Shown here: positions 58,056 through 64,000 of the stretch, piece by piece
How positions within the stretch are numbered: the first letter of the stretch is position 1
Layout of the letters: every line of letters begins with the position of its first letter
IMG/VR virus record: IMGVR_UViG_3300022200_000033
Coordinates: 1-64,000 of that record
Origin: a virus
Length of the DNA: 64,000 nucleotides
Direction: 5' to 3' (one strand)
Program-made: the position numbers and the translations under genes
The notes under the pieces: model-generated
Told to the model about the DNA's origin: nothing
The model's database searches: none
What the model saw: only the letters and a program-made list of their open reading frames with translations

Positions 58056-58427
58056 TTAATAAGACCCTCCATCATAATTACCAACAAATACTGTTTCTGA
58101 TGGAGAACCTCCATCTATAGAATTGTCAAATACCGTTGTGTTATATGATCCCCCATCAAGTGTGGGAACATCTGAAAAATATGAAAACTCTTTCCAAATT
58201 GAATTAAAATAAATTGCTGTTTTTCCGTTGCTTGTATTATAAAAAAGTTGTCCGTTTGATGCAGAGCTTGGATATTCTGAACCATTTTCAACAATAGTTG
58301 CTGATGAAAGACCATCAACATACTCCTTGGTCGCAAGGTGCTGTGGCAATGTGGGGTTTGCAGCCGTTACATTTCCAGTAAACGTTGCTGCAATTGCCTG
58401 AATTGTTGTTAAAAATCTTTTAGCCAT
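58056..58427 (-). CDS. small fibre-associated protein
   Basis: PT..HLATKEYVD, P.....GQLFYNT, repeated DGG. Confidence 0.65.
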   Translation of the reverse strand: MAKRFLTTIQAIAATFTGNVTAANPTLPQHLATKEYVDGLSSATIVENGSEYPSSASNGQLFYNTSNGKTAIYFNSIWKEFSYFSDVPTLDGGSYNTTVFDNSIDGGSPSETVFVGNYDGGSY

Positions 58428-58448
58428 GTTTTTTATAATCCCTTTCTT

Positions 58449-58493
58449 GATTTTGGAGAAGGTAGGATTGTTTTACCCTACCTCCTCCTAATC
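58449..58493 (-). terminator. long hairpin between fibre genes
   Basis: GGAGGAGGTAGGG-loop-TCCTACCTTCTCC with TTGATT/AATCAA extension. Confidence 0.55.
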
Positions 58494-58496
58494 AAA

Positions 58497-60113
58497 TTAT
58501 CCTACAATAACTACACGATATGCATTTGCACTTGGTGCAGAAGCAAATGATACGGTTACTGTATCAGCATCTGTTCTAACAACGTCACACTCTACTGTTT
58601 CCTTTGTTGCATTATCATGAACGCTTACAACAACGTCTAGAGTATTTAGGTTATGAGAAAGTGCAAATGATAGATTAGATCCATTTCCTACACTGGCTGA
58701 TACCTTATGAGTAACACCAACAAGCTCTGCTTGAATGGATGATATGTCTGATGCATTTGTTGATACATCTCCTTCAACAGTTGTCAATCTTGAGTCAAGA
58801 CCTGAGATATTGGAGGCATTTGTAGAAGTATCCCCCTCGTTGGTTGTGACTCTTGAATCAAGAGCTGAAATGTCAGATGCATTTGTTGAGATATTTCCTG
58901 TATTTGTTGAAATATCGCCCTCAGCAGTGGTTAGTCTTGAATCTAGTCCACTTATATCTGATGAATTTGTGGATACATCTGACTGAAGTGTTGAGATGTC
59001 TCCTTCATTTGTAGTTACCCTTGAATCAAGAGCACTGATATCTTCTGCGCTTCCAACTGTTAGATAAGATGTTCCGTCTTCTGTGTACTGCCACTTATCA
59101 GATGTTTCGTTCCATCTAATTGCTACATTTGCAGAAGTTCCTCTTTCAACCTCAACTCCAGCATTTGCAGCTGGGGTTCCAGTTACACCAGAGTTTAAGG
59201 TAACAATATTGTCTTCAACGAGGAGCTCTGTTGTGTTTAATGTTGTAGTAGTACCATTTATAGTAAGATCTCCAGTAACAACAAGGTCATTGTTAACCGT
59301 TAAGTTATTACCAATAACAACATCGTCTGGAAGTCCAATTGTTACTGCTCCGACAGAGGCTGAAACCTCTACCTCATTTGCTGTGCCAGTAAGAGAAGAA
59401 ACTGCAGAATTAGAATCAATTGTTAAAGCTAGACTGATGTCTGAAGTTCCATCAAAAGATGCTGATGCTGTCGCATCACCTGTAATGCTAATAGTTCTTG
59501 CTGTTTGTAGTGCAGTTGCTGTATCTGCATTACCTGTTAAATCACCAGTTACATCTACAGAAATAGATGCTGGAAGATCTACTGAGACTGCCGCTGATTC
59601 TGATCCAGAACCTGTAACAGTAACGTTGGATGACCCTGCAACGGTAGCTACATAATTTCCAGTAGTATCTGTTCCTAGTGCTACTGAGTTTGCAACCACA
59701 CCGCTAGCAGTTGTTGCTGTAGCAGCATTTCCAGTTGTATTTGCATTGATTGTTGCTGGAAGACTGATGGTGATATCTCCAGTAGACGTATCAACGTCAA
59801 CTTCATCTGTTGTGCCAGTTACACTAAGTACTCCTGTGTTTACGATGGTAAGAATATTGTTCTCATCATCATATGTAAGACTTACTCCATTTCCTGCTGC
59901 GAGTAGATTGTCTATGTAGTCCTCAATTTCTTCTTGAGAACCTCCTACGTTTGCCCACGCTGAACCAGTCCAAACCTTGATTTTTGAATCAACTGTGTCA
60001 TAGTAAACTTGACCAGTGGCTGGTGTGCTTGGTGGCGTAGCAAGATTTTGAATAGCTGCATTTTGTATCTCAAGCTTATTCAAATCAATTGGTGTTAAAA
60101 ATTTTCTAGCCAT
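58497..60113 (-). CDS. fibre protein with heptad coiled-coil shaft
   Basis: GNA.TAT repeats, VEDNIVTLN..AGVEVERG, repeated IS.LDSR.TT.EGD heptads. Confidence 0.8.
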   Translation of the reverse strand: MARKFLTPIDLNKLEIQNAAIQNLATPPSTPATGQVYYDTVDSKIKVWTGSAWANVGGSQEEIEDYIDNLLAAGNGVSLTYDDENNILTIVNTGVLSVTGTTDEVDVDTSTGDITISLPATINANTTGNAATATTASGVVANSVALGTDTTGNYVATVAGSSNVTVTGSGSESAAVSVDLPASISVDVTGDLTGNADTATALQTARTISITGDATASASFDGTSDISLALTIDSNSAVSSLTGTANEVEVSASVGAVTIGLPDDVVIGNNLTVNNDLVVTGDLTINGTTTTLNTTELLVEDNIVTLNSGVTGTPAANAGVEVERGTSANVAIRWNETSDKWQYTEDGTSYLTVGSAEDISALDSRVTTNEGDISTLQSDVSTNSSDISGLDSRLTTAEGDISTNTGNISTNASDISALDSRVTTNEGDTSTNASNISGLDSRLTTVEGDVSTNASDISSIQAELVGVTHKVSASVGNGSNLSFALSHNLNTLDVVVSVHDNATKETVECDVVRTDADTVTVSFASAPSANAYRVVIVG

Positions 60114-60131
60114 TTTTTATCCTTCTCCTTT

Positions 60132-60416
60132 TCATGATAAATATGCCTTTCCAGCAAATGCCCCTGAGAATGTCGCTATGACTGTATTTTCATCGGGGTA
60201 GGAATAATCTCCTTCAACTACTGATCCAGCTGAATCAACTACGGTAATATTTGGAATAAAACTCAAACCATGAGTTATGTTCCATCTGGCAGATGCAGAT
60301 GCTTGTGTAAATACATATGCCAAGACTTGAGTAACTCCTGAAGCACCTTGCGGTCCTGAAGTTCCAAGCTGTACGGTGGAGCTACTGCCAACAATCTCTA
60401 CTGTTACATTAGCCAT
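60132..60416 (-). CDS. small virion protein with collagen-like motif
   Basis: GPQG; Q..AS..W.I.H.L...P...V.D...G domain similar to the C-terminus of 58497..60113. Confidence 0.65.
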   Translation of the reverse strand: MANVTVEIVGSSSTVQLGTSGPQGASGVTQVLAYVFTQASASARWNITHGLSFIPNITVVDSAGSVVEGDYSYPDENTVIATFSGAFAGKAYLS

Positions 60417-60763
60417 TATGTTGTCACCTCTGGGGTAACTATAAACTTGCCTTCAATAACTCTGTAAACTGTGTCATCAGTAACTAACTCAAGGTCATAG
60501 ACATATTCTTTTGCATAAAAGCTTGATGTTTCTTCAGCACTTATTAGAATGTCTATGGTCCCCTCTGATCCACCTAAGGTTATACCACCATTTTCCGTAG
60601 TAATGTTAAGTATTGGAGCGCAAGTTGATTTATGTTTATCTTTTGCCTGCATCCTTGCGGTATACCCTGTTAAGTTAACTGGAACATCATCAATTTTCCA
60701 AGTAAGTGTCTTAGAAAAGGTTGCCCCTTGAGGGCATATTATGTTATATTTTCCAGGTGTCAT
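60416..60763 (-). CDS. BppU-like adaptor protein
   Basis: YNI...QGATF...P.NLTGYTARMQ...YVYDLEL......IEGKF.V.PEVT. Confidence 0.7.
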   Translation of the reverse strand: MTPGKYNIICPQGATFSKTLTWKIDDVPVNLTGYTARMQAKDKHKSTCAPILNITTENGGITLGGSEGTIDILISAEETSSFYAKEYVYDLELVTDDTVYRVIEGKFIVTPEVTT

Positions 60764-60871
60764 TCAACGGTAATCTCCTAATTTAATAACTTGATTATAT
60801 CATGATTTAAATAAACCAATATACAATGATAACGACTCTATAACGATATTTAAGATATTTGATGGTACGAC

Positions 60872-60899
60872 TTGACAAGTATTTTTTATGCTGTACACT
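60872..60899 (+). promoter_or_regulatory. promoter for thyX
   Basis: TTGACA-16 bp-TACACT; divergent from TGATATAAT at ~60796. Confidence 0.6.
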
Positions 60900-60987
60900 T
60901 TTCTTTATAGTCTTTAAGAGAAGAGAATAAGTGATCTCTATCTTACTGGTAACTGATCCCCGCAGGGGATAAACGAAAGGGTTTAAG

Positions 60988-61680
60988 TTGATTTCTGTTT
61001 TGGATCATGGTTATATAAAGTTAATAAATAATATGGGTTCTGATTTAGATGTAGTAAATGCTGCAAGAGTTTCTTTTGATAAAGAAGTTTCTTCTCTTGG
61101 CGATAAAGATATTAATCTCATTAACTTCCTGGTAAAAGATAAGCATGATTCTACTTTAAGACATTGTGTTTCTACCTTTGAAATCTATGCTCCTCTCATG
61201 GTAGCTAGACAATGGTATAAACATGCAGTTTCATCATCCCACCTGGATGATCAACTTGGTTGGAATGAATCTTCTAGAAGGTATGTTACTGAGAAAGAGC
61301 AATTCTACATCCCTACTGTCTTTGAGTGGCGCAGTGCCCCAGAGAACCGCAAGCAGGGGTCAGGGGAGTCCGTAAATAGTGAAGTTGGGGCAAAGTGTCT
61401 CCAAAGATTACGAGCCTCTGTAGAGCGTGGAATCAGAGATTATGAAGAAGCACTCAAAGATGGGGTAGCCCCAGAACAAGCACGACTCCTTCTCCCCGCA
61501 TACGCAATGTATGTACGTTGGAGATGGACTGCTAGCCTCAATGCTCTCCTACACTTTGTAAGTCTACGAGACAAGCAAGATGCTCAATATGAAATTAGGG
61601 AATATGCTAAGGCAGTCAACACAAGCCTTCATCAACTCTACCCTCATACGACAAGAGCCTGGAATGAGTTTAGGATTTAA
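60988..61680 (+). CDS. thyX: flavin-dependent thymidylate synthase
   Basis: VLDHGYI.L, NAARVS, H.S, P..VARQ, NE.S.RY, G.A.EQAR..LP, LR....AQ.EIR. Confidence 0.92.
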   Translation: MISVLDHGYIKLINNMGSDLDVVNAARVSFDKEVSSLGDKDINLINFLVKDKHDSTLRHCVSTFEIYAPLMVARQWYKHAVSSSHLDDQLGWNESSRRYVTEKEQFYIPTVFEWRSAPENRKQGSGESVNSEVGAKCLQRLRASVERGIRDYEEALKDGVAPEQARLLLPAYAMYVRWRWTASLNALLHFVSLRDKQDAQYEIREYAKAVNTSLHQLYPHTTRAWNEFRI

Positions 61681-61783
61681 TTGATGCTTTTCCGTGCGGC
61701 GAAAATAGAAGAAAACAATACAAACATGTATATACGTTCTTCAGTTCGCACGAACATCTGCACAGTTGCTTCTAAGGAAGCAT

Positions 61784-62158
61784 ATGCAGTCTAAACGTGC
61801 AAAAAAGCGAGCAGCTAAATGGAGATTGGCAGGAATGATTAAAACTTCTATAGGCTGTAAAGATTGTGGGTATAATAAAAGTCCATATGCTTTACAATTT
61901 GATCACATAGGAGATGACAAAAAAGGTAGTGTTTCCAATCTTATACGCTCTGATTATTGCTGGGGTACTATTAAAACAGAAATATCAAAATGTGAAGTTG
62001 TCTGTGCTAATTGTCACGCTGTTAGAACAAAAGAAAGAGGACAGCATAATTCACAAACGTATGATGCTACTTCATATCACGAATCTGTTGAGAAAGGTCT
62101 TCAATCTTACGCTCAAGGGCTTTATTCTCAAAAAGTAATTGTTGATTTTGACCTTTAA
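61784..62158 (+). CDS. HNH endonuclease
   Basis: CKDCG...LQFDH...EI.KCEVVCANCH..RT; ATG 61784 behind AAGGAAG. Confidence 0.8.
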   Translation: MQSKRAKKRAAKWRLAGMIKTSIGCKDCGYNKSPYALQFDHIGDDKKGSVSNLIRSDYCWGTIKTEISKCEVVCANCHAVRTKERGQHNSQTYDATSYHESVEKGLQSYAQGLYSQKVIVDFDL

Positions 62159-62408
62159 GAGTAAGTAGGTCTTCTCTTAGTAGTTTGTTTTCATTGATGA
62201 GTTCATCTATCTTACCTTTGGTATCTACTAGCTCAATGCGTAGTTCATTCATTGTTAGCTGCATTGTTTCTACTGCATTTTGTGAGGACTCACTAATAGA
62301 TTCATAAATTTCAGCTACATGCTTTTTTCTATTGGTAAGCCAGGTAATTAAAGCTGCAAGTGGGGCAGCTAGAATTCCGATGATGGCAATGAGTATTGCT
62401 CCATCCAT
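62067..62408 (-). CDS. membrane-anchored coiled-coil protein (lysis-cassette type)
   Basis: N-terminal TM helix then long heptad repeat. Confidence 0.7.
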   Translation of the reverse strand: MDGAILIAIIGILAAPLAALITWLTNRKKHVAEIYESISESSQNAVETMQLTMNELRIELVDTKGKIDELINENKLLREDLLTLKGQNQQLLFENKALERKIEDLSQQIRDMK

Positions 62409-62863
62409 TACTTTGTAATGCTCCTATAAAAAGCATAAAGGTCAAACGCCCTTACTGCAGAGGCAACAGCCATACCAATCCAGATGGTAAACCATATGAG
62501 CCAGGAGAACACATTCTCTGGGTAACTTACTACTAGTGCTCCAACATAAGATAATGCTGTTGCAGTTGCTGCTGCAGCAATAAAGAACCATCCATACATT
62601 TCACTCATTAGTGCAAATATAGGTCTTTTCTTCCTATTACATGTTAACGATAACATAATAACGCCCGATGGAATCATCAGATAGACACTAAGAATAGTTA
62701 CTATCCAAGAGTAATCTTCTATGATAAAGGATTCGGGCCAACCGTCATCTACGATTCCATATACCCCCAACAAAAATAATACAAAAGCTATATAAAAGTC
62801 AAAAGGACGCTCACGCAAATGATTACGGAACATCCCTTTGATAGTATTAAGTTTTGAGGTCAT
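62408..62863 (-). CDS. 4-TM membrane protein
   Basis: Four hydrophobic segments; coupled to downstream gene. Confidence 0.7.
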   Translation of the reverse strand: MTSKLNTIKGMFRNHLRERPFDFYIAFVLFLLGVYGIVDDGWPESFIIEDYSWIVTILSVYLMIPSGVIMLSLTCNRKKRPIFALMSEMYGWFFIAAAATATALSYVGALVVSYPENVFSWLIWFTIWIGMAVASAVRAFDLYAFYRSITK

Positions 62864-62907
62864 TACATTTTTTTCTCCTAGTGTATCTTATACTATTATA
62901 GCATTTA

Positions 62908-63126
62908 TTATTCCACCAGAGATGGTGTTCCCTTTGTTCCTACACCAGCAGAAACAATGCTTGTTGCATAAGAAAGTAGTGCTCCTCCAAGAGCAAGACC
63001 AAGATTGGTTGCCCAATCTACATTAAATATATTAAAACTGCCTGCAGTTCCTAAAACTAAAATAAATTGTGCAAATGTTTTAAGTGCTCTTTCTGTTGAT
63101 TCAATCCAAAATTTCTTTGTAAACAT
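62908..63126 (-). CDS. holin (r1t-like family)
   Basis: FW....ERA.KTFAQ...DW......LLS..TS...PSL. Confidence 0.8.
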   Translation of the reverse strand: MFTKKFWIESTERALKTFAQFILVLGTAGSFNIFNVDWATNLGLALGGALLSYATSIVSAGVGTKGTPSLVE

Positions 63127-63127
63127 A

Positions 63128-63349
63128 TTATTCCTCTTCCTTAGGTAATCTTACATCTTCATATACTGCTCCACCAATGTATGCTCCAACTACTGTACCC
63201 ATAAGAGCAAATGCTCCTAGTACAAGTGTTTCGGCCAAGGATGTTGAGTCCCATTTTATAGCAACATAGAGAATAAGGAACATTGAAAATAACAAAGATC
63301 CAAATACTGCTCTACGCCTTAGCTTCCACGATGGTCCATTTACTGACAT
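63128..63349 (-). CDS. 2-TM membrane protein (holin-like)
   Basis: W..RRR then two TM helices, Y.GGA..ED. Confidence 0.65.
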   Translation of the reverse strand: MSVNGPSWKLRRRAVFGSLLFSMFLILYVAIKWDSTSLAETLVLGAFALMGTVVGAYIGGAVYEDVRLPKEEE

Positions 63350-63370
63350 AAAACAATTATAACAAATTTT

Positions 63371-63505
63371 TTACCATTTGTACAATGGGCATGTTGCTAG
63401 TCGTAGTGTTATATAATCGTCTATCTCTTGATCGTTCTTAAGGCAAAAGCCATTAAGGTTCTCTATGCATTCCCCGCAGATTTTTATTCTTTCTGGATAA
63501 TACAT
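63371..63505 (-). CDS. 44-aa Cys-rich protein (below track cutoff)
   Basis: MYYPERIKICGECIENLNGFCLKNDQEIDDYITLRLATCPLYKW; TATAAT-N6-ATG; same R..IC..C...CP..KW pattern as 45164..45331. Confidence 0.7.
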   Translation of the reverse strand: MYYPERIKICGECIENLNGFCLKNDQEIDDYITLRLATCPLYKW

Positions 63506-63914
63506 AATGTCATTATACTCTAAAGTTTAAAAATATTATGCAACCTATATAGCACATTACCTGGGTTAATGCGTAGTATATGTCTCATTAATATGTTTTC
63601 TATATGTGTAAAAGTTTAAAAATTTTGTATTTTCAAAATTGACTAAAGTTTAATATTTTTTAGATGTGTACGATACGCAAATCTGACAAAACGGACATAA
63701 CGGATTAGTGAGCACACTAGGAGAAATCCGTAGAAAATTGATCAAAAGTCGACTAAAGAATTTTATTTTAGCCATGTATGCGACTATATCCGTTGTTATA
63801 GATATCCATATCTTCGGATACCGTTGCCTATACCGTCCTATTATCGGTCAATGTCAGACCCCTGTGTTAGTATGTATACATAAAGTTAAATAAACAAAAG
63901 AAAGAAGAAATAAA

Positions 63915-64000
63915 ATGTTAAACAGTTTCCAAAGAGAAGGTCAAGTCCTAGCACCATTGAACACTTGCATAGACGGTAACGGTCACGTTACTAGTGCTAG
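63915..64000 (+). CDS. start of plus-strand ORF (truncated by window)
   Basis: MLNSFQREGQVLAPLNTCIDGNGHVTSA... open to window end; A-rich leader and TGTTAGTAT upstream. Confidence 0.5.
   Translation, partial: MLNSFQREGQVLAPLNTCIDGNGHVTSA

Noticed and set aside
60950-60985. Hammerhead-like CTGA...hairpin...GAAA upstream of thyX
   Set aside because: Core is not CUGAnGA, stems I/III are absent, and GAAAGG is the RBS; only a simple ATCCCC-GCA-GGGGAT hairpin
61681-61794. 37-codon ORF between thyX and HNH
   Set aside because: Too short and motif-free to support
63708-63893. 61-aa plus-strand ORF
   Set aside because: No RBS, atypical composition, and runs through the promoter-like element of the next gene
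1-64000. tRNA genes, integrase/att site, stop-codon reassignment
   Set aside because: No cloverleaf in the intergenic gaps examined by eye; no recombinase; genes are full-length under the standard code using all three stops

Overview
This window is part of a large, low-GC, long-tailed (siphovirus-type) dsDNA phage genome, almost entirely encoded on the minus strand. The host is most likely an actinobacterium, and probably aquatic. This is inferred from the many leaderless TGnTATAAT-N6-ATG starts, GAAAGG/GGAGG RBSs, an r1t-type holin, and DnaE/NrdJ/ThyX/Cas4/RecA content recalling large Streptomyces BE/BK-like and freshwater actinophages. In transcription order (right to left) the modules are: holin/membrane genes; a plus-strand thyX + HNH island; two parallel fibre/adaptor cassettes flanking a glycosyltransferase-sulfotransferase island; a class II RNR; head genes (portal, protease-scaffold, MCP); neck and tail genes (major tail, -1 frameshifted chaperone, 2529-aa tape measure, tail tip); and a replication/recombination module (DnaB, primase, SSB, DnaE, MazG, RecA, Cas4-like, two resolvase-like nucleases). 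No terminase, endolysin, integrase, tRNA, CRISPR array or reverse transcriptase was seen. The most interesting observations are: (1) a ~105-nt intergenic structured RNA with a potential double pseudoknot directly upstream of dnaE; (2) three adjacent fibre-tip genes carrying 7 x ~120-bp DNA-homogenised propeller blades, two of them inserted inside the same small scaffold protein; (3) a Cys-rich fibre-tip protein coupled to small CxxC proteins; (4) a GT/sulfotransferase island between the fibre cassettes; and (5) ten exact 6-nt leaderless promoters. All calls come from reading the sequence; no searches or folding programs were run.
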